DNA of 62,448 nucleotides, from the NCBI GenBank assembly GCA_032718475.1, contig JAUCBJ010008909.1, forward strand, positions 1-62,448, written 5' to 3'. Origin of the DNA: Nemertoderma westbladi (lineage: Eukaryota > Animalia > Xenacoelomorpha). The position numbers and the translations under genes are program-made. Numbering within the stretch: position 1 is the stretch's first letter; each line of letters begins with the position of its first letter. Below are positions 11,629-25,834 of the stretch, piece by piece. The notes under the pieces are model-generated. The model was not told the origin of the DNA. It saw nothing but the letters and a program-made list of their open reading frames with translations, and searched no databases.

Positions 11629-14600
11629 GATTCAGTTCATGGAACTGACTGGAATGCTGATTCAGTTCAAGGAACCGACTGGAATGCTGATTCAGTTCAT
11701 GGAACTGACTGGAATGCTGTCTCCGTTCAAGGAACGGACTGGAATGCTGTCTCAGTTCAAGGAACGGACTGGAATGCTGATTCAGTTCAAGGGACGGACT
11801 GGAATGCTGTCTCCGTTCAAGGAACCGACTGGAATGCTGTCTCAGTTCAAGGAACGGACTGGAATGCTGATTCAGTTCATAGAACTGACTGGAATGCTGA
11901 TTCAGTTCAAGGAACCGACTGGAATGCTGTCTCAGTTCAAGGAACGGACTGGAATGCTGATTCAGTTCATGGAACCGACTGGAATGCTGTCTCAGTTCAA
12001 GGAACTGACTGGAATGCTGTCTCAGTTCAAGGAACGGACTGGAATGCTGATTCAGTTCATGGAACTGACTGGAATGCTGATTCAGTTCATGGAACTGACT
12101 GGAATGCTGATTCATTTCAAGGAACCGACTGGAATGCTGTCTCAGTTCAAGGAACGGACTGGAATGCTGATTCAGTTCATGGAACTGACTGGAATGCTGA
12201 TTCAGTTCAAGGAACCGACTGGAATGCTGTCTCAGTTCAAGGAACGGACTGGAATGCTGATTCAGTTCATGGAACTGACTGGAATGCTGATTCAGTTCAA
12301 GGAACCGACTGGAATGCTGTCTCAGTTCAAGGAACGGACTGGAATGCTGATTCAGTTCATGGAACCGACTGGAATGCTGTCTCAGTTCAAGGAACTGACT
12401 GGAATGCTGTCTCAGTTCAAGGAACGGACTGGAATGCTGTCTCAGTTCAAGGAACGGACTGGAATGCTGATTCAGTTCATGGAACCGACTGGAATGCTGT
12501 CTCAGTTCAAGGAACGGACTGGAATGCTGTCTCAGTTCAAGGAACGGACTGGAATGCTGTCTCAGTTCAAGGAACGGACTGGAATGCTGATTCAGTTCAT
12601 GGAACCGACTGGAATGCTGTCTCAGTTCAAGGAACGGACTGGAATGCTGATTCAGTTCAAGGAACGGACTGGAATGCTGATTCAGTTCAAGGAACTGACT
12701 GGAATGCTGTCTCAGTTCAAGGAACTGACTGGAATGCTGTCTCCGTTCAAGGAACGGACTGGAATGCTGTCTCAGTTCAAGGAACGGACAGGAATGTTGT
12801 CTCAGTTCAAGGAACGGACTGGAATGCTGTCTCAGTTCAAGGAACGGACTGGAATGCTGATTCAGTTCAAGGAACTGACTGGAATGCTGTCTCCGTTCAA
12901 GGAACGGACTGGAATGCTGTCTCAGTTCAAGGAACGGACTGGAATGCTGTCTCAGTTCAAGGAACGGACTGGAATGCTGATTCAGTTCATGGAACCGACT
13001 GGAATGCTGTCTCAGTTCAAGGAACGGACTGGAATGCTGATTCAGTTCAAGGGACGGACTGGAATGCTGATTCAGTTCAAGGAACTGACTGGAATGCTGT
13101 CTCAGTTCAAGGAACTGACTGGAATGCTGATTCAGTTCAAGGAACTGACTGGAATGCTGTCTCCGTTCAAGGAACGGACTGGAATGCTGTCTCAGTTCAA
13201 GGAACGGACAGGAATGCTGTCTCAGTTCAAGGAACGGACAGGAATGCTGTCTCAGTTCAAGGAACGGACTGGAATGCTGTCTCAGTTCAAGGAACGGACT
13301 GGAATGCTGTCTCAGTTCAAGGAACGGACTGGTATGCTGTCTCAGTTCAAGGAACTGACTGGAATGCTGTCTCAGTTCAAGGAACGGACTGGAATGCTGT
13401 CTCAGTTCAAGGAACGGACTGGAATGCTGTCTCAGTTCAAGGAACGGACTGGAATGCTGTCTCAGTTCAAGGAACTGACTGGAATGCTGATTCAGTTCAA
13501 GGAACTGACTGGAATGCTGTCTCCGTTCAAGGAACGGACTGGAATGCTGTCTCAGTTCAAGGAACGGACAGGAATGCTGTCTCAGTTCAAGGAACGGACA
13601 GGAATGCTGTCTCAGTTCAAGGAACGGACTGGAATGCTGTCTCAGTTCAAGGAACGGACTGGAATGCTGTCTCAGTTCAAGGAACGGACTGGTATGCTGT
13701 CTCAGTTCAAGGAACTGACTGGAATGCTGTCTCAGTTCAAGGAACGGACTGGAATGCTGTCTCAGTTCAAGGAACGGACTGGAATGCTGTCTCAGTTCAA
13801 GGAACGGACTGGAATGTTGTCTCAGTTCAAGGAACGGACTGGAATTCTGATTCAGTTCAAGGAACGGACTGGAATGCTGTCTCAGTTCAAGGAACGGACT
13901 GGAATGCTGTCTCAGTTCAAGGAACGGACTGGAATGCTGTCTCAGTTCAGGGAACTGACTGGAATGCTGTCTCAGTTCATGGAACGGACTGGAATGCTGT
14001 TTCAGTTCAAGGAACCGACTGGAATGTTGTCTCAGTTCAAGGAACCGACTGGAATGTTGTCTCAGTTCAAGGAACGGACTGGAATGCTGTCTCAGTTCAG
14101 GGAACTGACTGGAATGCTGTCTCAGTTCATGGAACGGACTGGAATGCTGTTTCAGTTCAAGGAACGGACTGGAATGCTGTCTCAGTTCAAGGAACCGACT
14201 GGAATGTTGTCTCAGTTCAAGGAACGGACTGGTATGCTGTCTCAGTTCAAGGAACGGACTGGAATGCTGTCTCAGTTCAGGGAACTGACTGGAATGCTGT
14301 CTCAGTTCATGGAACGGACTGGAATGCTGTTTCAGTTCAAGGAACGGACTGGAATGCTGTCTCAGTTAAAGGAACGGACTGGTATGCTGTCTCAGTTCAA
14401 GGAACGGACTGGAATGCTGTCTCAGTTCATGGAACTGACTGGAATGCTTTCTCAGTTCATGGAACTGACTGGAATGCTTTCTCAGTTCAAGGAACCGACT
14501 GGAATGCTTTCTCAGTTCAAGGTACCGACTGGAATGCTGTCTCCGTTCAAGGAACGGACTGGAATGCTGATTCAGTTCAAGGAACGGACTGGAATGCTGT

Positions 14601-17240
14601 CTCAGTTCAAGGAACGGACTGGAATGCTGTCTCAGTTCAGGGAACTGACTGGAATGCTGTCTCCGTTCAAGGAACGGACTGGAATGCTGTCTCCGTTCAA
14701 GGAACGGACTGGAATGCTGTCTCAGTTCAAGGAACGGACTGGAATGCTGTCTCAGTTCATGGAACGGACTTGAATGCTGATTCAGTTCAAGGAACGGACT
14801 GGAATGCTGTCTCAGTTCAAGGAACGGACTGGAATGCTTTCTCAGTTCATGGTACCGACTGGAATGCTGTCTCCGTTCAAGGAACGGACTGGAATGCTGA
14901 TTCAGTTCAAGGAACGGACTGGAATGCTGTCTCAGTTCAAGGAACGGACTGGAATGCTGTCTCAATTCAGGAAACTGACTGGAATGCTGTCTCCGTTCAA
15001 GGAACGGACTGGAATGCTGTCTCCGTTCAAGGAACGGACTGGAATGCTGTCTCAGTTCAAGGAACGGACTGGAATGCTGTCTCAGTTCATGGAACGGACT
15101 GGAATGCTGGCTCAGTTCAAGGAACGGACTGGAATGTTGTCTCAGTTCAAGGAACGGACTGGAATGTTGTCTCAGTTCAAGGAACGGACTGGAATGCTGA
15201 TTCAGTTCAAGGAACGGACTGGAATGCTGTCTCAGTTCAAGGAACGGACTGGAATGTTGTCTCAGTTCAAGGAACGGACTGGAATGCTGATTCAGTTCAA
15301 GGAACGGACTGGAATGCTGTCTCAGTTCAAGGAACGGACTGGAATGCTTTCTCAGTTCATGGAACTGACTGGAATGCTTTTCAGTTCAAGGAACCGACTG
15401 GAATGCTTTCTCAGTTCAAGGTACCGACTGGAATGCTGTCTCCGTTCAAGGAACGGACTGGAATGCTGATTCAGTTCAAGGAATGGACTGGAATGCTGTC
15501 TCAGTTCAAGGAACGGACTGGAATGCTGTCTCAGTTCAGGGAACTGACTGGAATGCTGTCTCCGTTCAAGGAACGGACTGGAATGCTGTCTCAGTTCAAG
15601 GAACGGACTGGAATGCTGTCTCAGTTCATGGAACGGACTGGAATGCTTTCTCAGTTCATGGAACTGACTGGAATGCTTTCTCAGTTCAAGGAACCGACTG
15701 GAATGCTTTCTCAGTTCAAGGTACCGACTGGAATGCTGTCTCCGTTCAAGGAACGGACTGGAATGCTGATTCAGTTCAAGGAATGGACTGGAATGCTGTC
15801 TCAGTTCAAGGAACGGACTGGAATGCTGTCTCAGTTCAGGGAACTGACTGGAATGCTGTCTCCGTTCAAGGAACGGACTGGAATGCTGTCTCAGTTCAGG
15901 GAACTGATTGGAATGCTGTCTCAGTTCAGGGAACTGACTGGAATGCTGTCTCCGTTCAAGGAACGGACTGGAATGCTGTCTCCGTTCAAGGAACTGACAG
16001 GAATGCTGTCTCAGTTCAAGGAACTGACTGGAATGCTGTCTCAGTTCATGGAACGGACTGGAATGCTGTTTCAGTTCAAGGAACTGACAGGAATGCTGTC
16101 TCAGTTCAAGGAACTGACTGGAATGCTGTCTCAGTTCATGGAACGGACTGGAATGCTGTTTCAGTTCAAGGAACGGACTGGAATGCTGTCTTAGTTCAAG
16201 GAACGGACTGGAATGGTGTCTCAGTTCAAGGAACGGACTGGAATGCTGTATCAGTTCAAGGAACGGACTGGAATGCTGTTTCAGTTCAAGGAACGGACTG
16301 GAATGCTGTCTTAGTTCAAGGAACGGACTGGAATGCTGTCTCAGTTCAAGGAACGGACTGTAATGCTGTATCAGTTCAAGGAACGGACTGGAATGCTGTT
16401 TCAGTTCAAGGAACGGACTGGAATGCTGTCTTAGTTCAAGGAACGGACTGGAATGGTGTCTCAGTTCAAGGAACGGACTGGAACGCTGTCTCAGTTCAAG
16501 GAACGGACTGGAATGCTGTCTCAGTTCAAGGAACGGACTGGAATGCTGTCTCAGTTCAAGGAACGGACTGGAATGCTGTCTTAGTTCAAGGAACGGACTG
16601 GAATGGTGTCTCAGTTCAAGGAACGGACTGGAATGCTGTCTCAGTTCATGGAACTGACTGGAATGCTTTCTCAGTTCATGGAACTGACTGGAATGCTGTA
16701 TCAGTTCAAGGAACGGACTGGAATGCTGTTTCAGTTCAAGGAACGGATTGGAATGCTGTCTTAGTTCAAAGAACGGACTGGAATGGTGTCTCAGTTCAAG
16801 GAACGGACTGGAATGCTGTCTCAGTTCATGGAACTGACTGGAATGCTTTCTCAGTTCATGGAACTGACTGGAATGCTTTCTCAGTTCAAGGAACCGACTG
16901 GAATGCTGTCTCAGTTCAAGGAACGGACTGGAATGCTGTATCAGTTCAAGGAACGGACTGGAATGCTGTTTCAGTTCAAGGAACGGACTGGAATGCTGTC
17001 TTAGTTCAAGGAACGGACTGGAATGGTGTCTCAGTTCAAGCAACGGACTGGAACGCTGTCTCAGTTCAAGGAACGGACTGGAATGCTGTCTCAGTTCAAG
17101 GAACGGACTGGAATGCTGTCTCAGTTCAAGGAACGGACTGGAATGCTGTCTCAGTTCAAGGAACTGACTGGAATGCTGTATCAGTTCAAGGAACGGACTG
17201 GAATGCTGTCTCAGTTCAAGAAATGGACTGGAATGCTGTC
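11629..17240. repeat. 30-bp satellite array, about 187 copies
   Basis: Consensus GGAACGGACTGGAATGCTGTCTCAGTTCAA; one 1-bp deletion near 15380; variant types cluster along the array. Confidence 0.98.
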
Positions 17241-17300
17241 CAAATGGACAAGAAATGGACCGGACACTCTTACTCATAAGACCTAGATAGACTATGAAAT
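17241..17300 (+). pseudogene. Continuation of the decayed RTE endonuclease domain after the satellite
   Basis: Reads KWTRNGPDTLTHKT*IDY in the SQFKERTGML frame, matching the APE motif KWTW.SP.G..K.QIDYI. Confidence 0.6.
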
Positions 17301-17565
17301 ATGAAATGTTAATGAAATTTGTTTCATATGAAATATGTTTCATATGAAATATAGTAGTAGCTCTGTACTGTACAAGACTGCAGTATTTATATACTCTTAA
17401 TTTCTTCACCTGTGATGTGGCATCGTCTTATTGTGGCTAAGATAAAACTTAGTCTACATGCCAAGAATTCTTGCTACGACATGATTGCGATTGGTCCCAT
17501 ATTGCAACAGCCCAGTGTGAGATCCAGCTTAACACTAGAGCTGAGCAACAGGACGAGGCCAGCTT

Positions 17566-19344
<1,779 letters not shown>

Positions 19345-20876
19345 CAGGACGAGGCTCTTGTGAGATCCAGTTTAGCACTAGAGCTGAGCAACAGGACGAG
19401 GCTCTTGTGAGATCCAGTTTAGCACTAGAGCTGAGCAACAGGACGAGGCTCTTGTGAGATCCAGCTTAATACTAGAGCTGAGCAACATGACGAGGCTCTT
19501 GTGAGATCCAGTTTAACACTAGATCTGAGCAACAGGACGAGGCTCTTGTGAGATACAGCTTAACACTAGAGCTGAGCAACAGGACGAGGCCAGCTTAACA
19601 CTAGAGCTGAGCAACAGGACGAGGCTCTTGTGAGATCCAGTTTAACACTAGATCTGAGCAACAGGACGAGGCTCTTGTGAGATACAGCTTAACACTAGAG
19701 CTGAGCAACAGGACGAGGCTCTTGTCAGATCCAGTTTAGCACTAGAGCTGAGCAACAGGACGAGGCTCTTGTGAGATCCAGTTTAGCACTAGAGCTTAGC
19801 AACAGGACGAGGCTCTTGTGAGATCCAGTTTAGCACTAGAGCTGAGCAACAGGACGAGGCTCTTGTGAGATACAGCTTATGTAACACTAGAGCTGAGCAA
19901 CAGGACGAGGCTCTTGTGAGATCCAGTTTAACACTAGAGCTGAGCAACAGGACGAGGCTCTTGTGAGATACAGCTTAACACTAGAGTTGAGCAACAGGAC
20001 GAGGCTCTTTGAGATTCAGCTTAACACTAGAGTTGAGCAACAGGACGAGGCTCTTGTCAGATCCAGTTTAGCACTAGAGCTGAGCAACAGGACGAGGCTC
20101 TTGTCAGATCCAGTTTAGCACTAGAGCTGAGCAACAGGACGAGGCCAGCTTAACACTAGAGCTGAGCAACAGGACGAGGCTCTTGTGAGATCCAGTTTAA
20201 CACTAGAGCTGAGCAACAGGACGAGGCTCTTGTCAGATCCAGTTTAACACTAGAGCTGAGCAACAGGACGAGGCTCTTGTCAGATCCAGTTTAACACTAG
20301 AGCTGAGCAACAGGACGAGGCTCTTGTCAGATCCAGTTTAACACTAGAGCTGAGCAACAGGACGAGGCTCTTGTCAGATCCAGTTTAACACTAGAGCTGA
20401 GCAACAGGACGAGGCTCTTGTGAGATACAGCTTAACACTAGAGTTGAGCAACAGGACGAGGCTCTTTGAGATTCAGCTTAACACTAGAGTTGAGCAACAG
20501 GACGAGGCTCTTGTCAGATCCAGTTTAACACTAGAGCTGAGCAACAGGACGAGGCTCTTGTCAGATCCAGTTTAACACTAGAGCTGAGCAACAGGACGAG
20601 GCTCTTGTGAGATACAGCTTAACACTAGAGTTGAGCAACAGGACGAGGCTCTTTGAGATTCAGCTTAACACTAGAGCTAAGCAACAGGACGAGGCTCTTG
20701 TCCGATCCAGTTTAGTACTAGAGCTGAGCAACAGGACGAGGCCAGCTTAACACTAGAGCTGAGGAACAGGTCGAGGCTCTTGTGAGATACAGCCTAACAC
20801 TAGATCTGAGCAACAGGACGAGGCCCTTGTGAGATCCAGTTTAGCACTAGAGCTTAGCAACAGGACGAGGCTCTTG
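19345..20876. repeat. 47-bp satellite array, about 33 copies
   Basis: Consensus GAGCTGAGCAACAGGACGAGGCTCTTGTGAGATCCAGTTTAACACTA, with some 35-bp deletion variants. Confidence 0.97.
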
Positions 20877-21867
20877 ACTCTAGGGAAATGGCCTCACTGC
20901 GCAGTCTATACTGTCTTCACAGAGGTAGCACAGAATTCAGAATTGCCGAAAGTATCTCACTAAGACACATAATGAGCCCCGGCCTAAACTAACTAAGAAT
21001 GCAGTTGATAATGCCTCTACAGACTAATTATTACGATTTATAGACCTTAAATTATTATCGGATTATTTTATATTTGATTAACTATATTTTAAAATTTTTT
21101 ATTTATTCTTTATTTCCATTTATTTAACTAACCATCATCCCTGCAAACATGTTGACCCAATATTTACACTTTTCACAGCAGTCTTCGTCCCGTCAACCTA
21201 GCACAGCCTTCTGCATTTTTTATACATATACATTTTATAATTGTTGCCATCGACTAATCCTAAGTGGTTAATTACTTTGAGCGATTATATCTATATTTTA
21301 TAAATTTTGTATTTTATACTTTAACACTGCCCTGTTTAGCATCATTCTTAATACTTTCATGTTTAGTCGTTTGCATATTATTTTTTATCCATAACTTTAA
21401 ATTGGTGCCATCTTTTACAGACCTACCTTTGCCACACACCTAGTGCTTTGGAAACGAGGTAGGCCTCATGTGGCTATCCCATTACGTGATCATTTTAACC
21501 TGTATAGGATATATCATAGAACCACTATGTAAATCTATTTTACCTATCAATTTAACCCGTGTTTTTAATTAAGTCTACTTTAGAAATACGCTATACTGTA
21601 CTTATGTATAATTATGTTTGTTTTAATATGTGTACTATCTATATTTAATTTGAAGTATAATCTGTGTTTTTTTTTAATATGTGTACTATCTATATTATTA
21701 TTATTATTATTATTATTTATTGCAGAACTTAATCCATAATCAGAATAATTACACATATTACATTGAAAACAAAAAAAACAAAGATAAATAATTGACAGCC
21801 TTTAACAGTTACAACATGGAAGCATCTATCATTAACCGAAGGCGGCTGGTGCCGCAGTGGCTGTGGC

Positions 21868-21986
21868 TATAGCTATTATAATAGAGTTAGTTATAGCTAT
21901 TATAATAGAGTTAGTTATAGCTATTATAATAGAGTTAGTTATAGCTATTATAATAGAGTTAGTTATAGCTATTATAATAGAGTTAT
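21868..21986. repeat. 24-bp minisatellite, about 5 copies
   Basis: ATAGCTATTATAATAGAGTTAGTT repeated. Confidence 0.9.
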
Positions 21987-22102
21987 TGCACTGGTCGATG
22001 CGACTAAATAATCTGATCTGAATAAATTTGGGTAAACCAATAGTACCAAACATAAGCGAAACACTACAACCATATGGAAAACCAAAAAAAGCGCCTGGCA
22101 GC

Positions 22103-22241
<139 letters not shown>

Positions 22242-22464
22242 GTATTAGCTACCTTAATGTTATTATAAACCAAGATAGAACTAGAACTAGATTCAACCTA
22301 GACCTAACCTATACTATTAACCTATATTATTATAACCACTTTGCAAAGCTCCTCAATAATGACAGGGTTCCCTGATAACTTTGTTGAACAAGTATTTCGA
22401 TTCGGTATACCAAGATATACCCATTGGCGACATCTCATTTGCTGTGGGATGTGAAGGCTGCTGC

Positions 22465-22892
22465 AATGAGCATTAAGACCAATCGTGTCAGTGGAGTAGA
22501 TGATGATGGTCTTTAAAATACCTGAGTGTTTGGAGCTCATTTACCCCATCTTAATAGACATGTTCAGAACAACGAGAGACCCACAAGAAATAATAACGAA
22601 TAAGTTTGTGACAGTTGCCAAGAAGGGTAGTATTTGGGAGTCCATGCTGGGCTCTAACACAGGATGCCGAATCTCTGGATGGAACATTCACAAGAATGCT
22701 GCGCCGGATTCATTATGTCAAGTACAATGAACACATTTCCATTCAAACTCTATATAACATTGTAGGTGTCTCATTGATAAGACCAGTCTGGGCAGAATCT
22801 TGTGCTAGGGCAGCCTGACGGTAGATGGGTAGTTGTGGCGGAGCAATTAACGATAACGTTCTTCGTGTCGGCTGCAATGCAGCATGCCGATA
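22465..22892 (+). mobile_element. Internally deleted, degraded RTE fragment
   Basis: Matches in turn the reverse complements of ~8315-8145, ~7192-7045 and the 3' end (GCTGCAATGCAGCATGCCGAT) of the RTE copy at 6744-8316. Confidence 0.8.
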
Positions 22893-23574
22893 ATATACCT
22901 ATCGGTGAGGTTTTTTACTTACTTAAAGTGCTCGGAAGGATAATATTATTAATTATTAATTAATAATATTATTAATTACCAACAATTAATGTTTTCGACA
23001 GAGTTTTCTTCTTTCACGAAATTATGGCTGATAATAAATTGATAGAAAAGTCGTAGAGCGTAAATAAGGCGGTTCGATATATACACAAAGGATGCGGCTC
23101 TTTCAGGGGATATCTTAACTAATCAATTCTGCTTGAATGACTTAGATTATTCATTAAAGATAACCTCTAACAAATCATTTATTCATTCGAAAATGAAACG
23201 CAATGTGTTTGCAAGATGTCAGATTGGGGGTGCAACATATGTTGGAATTCAAGAAAAGGATTGTTATACATGGATAGACAATCACGGGTATGTAATACAA
23301 GGAATAAATGTTTACGCCGCATTCACATTTACAGATATTTCGCAATGGTCATTGTTATAGTAATTGTGAAATCTACTTGAAGCCTTCTTCTGACTATTGG
23401 ATATATTTCTTAATAAGTAGCCTCATGCGGTACATTATTCAAGCTGATGTAACACGTCGGAAGTCGGATTTGCACATTTTTAAGCCCAATCATTATGGGT
23501 TGGTATAATTATCTCTTCCCTGTGTTTCGTTTGTTGTGATATAATTTTTTCTACACTGAACAGCTCAGTCCATG

Positions 23575-25396
23575 TATCGAACCTGGGTGGAACTAGGCTG
23601 CAGCATTTAAAGCACTGCGACCAAACATTGCTGCACAGTCTTGGATTCGATCCTGGGTGGAAGTAGGCTGCAGTATTTAAGGCACTGCGACCAAACATTG
23701 CTGCACAGTCTTGGAATCGATCATGGTTGGAGTTACGCTGAATTTGAAGTAATGCGACCAAACAGTGCTGCACAGTCTTGGAATAGAACCTGGGTGAAGA
23801 TACACTGAATTTGAAGCAGTGCGACCAAACAGTGCTGCACAGTCTTGGAAGCGATCCTGGGTGGAACTAGGCTGCAGTATTTTAAGCACTGCGACCAAAC
23901 AGTGCAGCACAGTCTTGGAATCTATCCTGGATGGAACTAGACTGCAGTATTTGAAGCACTGCGACCAAGCAGTGCTGCACAGTCTTGGAATAGAACCTAG
24001 TTGGATTGACGCTAAATTTGAAGCACTGTGACCAAACAGTGCTGCACAGTCTTGGAATAGAACCGGGGTGGTCTTACGCTGAATTTGAAGCAATGCGACC
24101 AAACAGTGCTGCACAGTCTTGGAATAGAACCTGGGTGAAGATACGCTGAATTTGAAGCAGTGCGACCAAACAGTGCTGCACAGTCTTGGAATAGAACCGG
24201 GGTGGTCTTACGCTGAATTTGAAGCAATGCGACCAAACAGTGCTGCACAGTCTTGGAATAGAACCTGGGTGAAGATACGCTGAATTTGAAGCAATGCGAC
24301 CAAACAGTGCTGCACAGTCTTGGAATGGAACCTGGGTGAAGATACGCTGAATTTGAAGCAGTGCGACCAAACAGTGCTGCACAGTCTTGGAATAGAACCG
24401 GGGTGGTCTTACGCTGAATTTGAAGCAATGCGACCAAACAGTGCTGCACAGTCTTGGAATAGAACCTGGGTGAAGATACGCTGAATTTGAAGCAATGCGA
24501 CCAAACAGTGCTGCACAGTCTTGGAATAGAACCTGGGTGAAGATACGCTGAATTTGAAGCAGTGCGACCAAACAGTGCTGCACAGTCTTGGAATAGAACC
24601 GGGGTGGTCTTACGCTGAATTTGAAGCAATGCGACCAAACAGTGCTGCACAGTCTTGGAATAGAACCTGGGTGAAGGTACGCTGAATTTGAAGCACTGCG
24701 ACCAAACAGTGCTGCACAGTCTTGGAAGCGATCCTGGGTGGAACTAGGCTGCAGTATTTTAAGCACTGCGACCAAACAGTGCAGCACAGTCTTGGAATCT
24801 ATCCTGGATGGAACTAGACTGCAGTATTTGAAGCACTGCGACCAAGCAGTGCTGCACAGTCTTGGAATAGAACCTAGTTGGATTGACGCTAAATTTGAAG
24901 CACTGTGACCAAACAGTGCTGCACAGTCTTGGAATAGAACCGGGGTGGTCTTACGCTGAATTTGAAGCAATGCGACCAAACAGTGCTGCACAGTCTTGGA
25001 ATAGAACCGGGGTGGTCTTACGCTGAATTTGAAGCAATGCGACCAAACAGTGCTGCACAGTCTTGGAATAGAACCTGGGTGAAGATACGCTGAATTTGAA
25101 GAAGTGCGACCAAACAGTGCTGCACAGTCTTGGAATAGAACCGGGGTGGTCTTACGCTGAATTTGAAGCAATGCGACCAAACAGTGCTGCACAGTCTTGG
25201 AATAGAACCTGGGTGAAGATACGCTGAATTTGAAGCAGTGCGACCAAATAGTGCTGCAGTCTTGGAAGCGATCCTGGGTGGAACTAGGCTGCAGTATTTG
25301 AAGCACTGCGACCAAACAGTGCTACACGGACTGCTTGGAATAGAACCTAGTTGGATTGACGCTAAATTTGAACCACTGTTCCCAAACAGTGCTGCT
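23575..25396. repeat. 67-bp satellite array, about 27 copies with higher-order variant order
   Basis: Constant TTGAAGCA.TGCGACCAAACAGTGCTGCACAGTCTTGGAA plus a ~28 bp segment in about five related variants. Confidence 0.95.
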
Positions 25397-25834
25397 CCCT
25401 ACAAGGATTGAATCCGGTCTTGATTGAATCCACGAATCCACCAACTAACTGGTCTGTCTAATTTATTATTTCTATATGATGTTATGAAGAATAAAAATTG
25501 ACTTATCAACAGTTATGCAGAGCAAAGTAACTTAGCAACGACTGAACGACAGTGTTCAAATTTCATAATACGTATTAAAAATATAACTCCTGGGAATTCT
25601 TAACAAGTTTTGAAGCAGAAATAATTTTATTAGAGACGCTGTGTGACTAACGTGAATGTCAAACAGCGACGTACGTGACAAAATGTGCCACCCCGACAGA
25701 GAAAAACAGAGTAATTGTTTCTAAACATGAGGCGTGTAAAATGCGTTCCATCATTAAATATTTAAGGTTGGTATCTCTGCTAGATATTCGTGCGGTTAAC
25801 CACACACAGAATTAGCTCCATTTGCTAACCATTT

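Noticed and set aside
11509-17409. Giant repeat ORFs (1561, 1044, 685 and 598 aa; GTDWNAVSVQ or SQFKERTGML repeats) as real proteins such as antifreeze or adhesive proteins
   Set aside because: A 30-bp unit without stops is open in several frames on both strands; there is a frameshift near 15380, no signal peptide, and the flanks are decayed LINE sequence.
21868-21986. ATAGCTATTAT (the self-primer 11-mer) also occurs in the 24-bp minisatellite
   Set aside because: It is outside the element and has no counterpart for element 2's variant, so it is treated as AT-rich coincidence. It shows that a single 11-mer match is weak evidence; the self-priming case rests on position plus covariation.
23575-25396. 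CRISPR-like repeat/spacer appearance
   Set aside because: The variable parts are homologous to each other and recur, there are no cas genes, and the context is eukaryotic.
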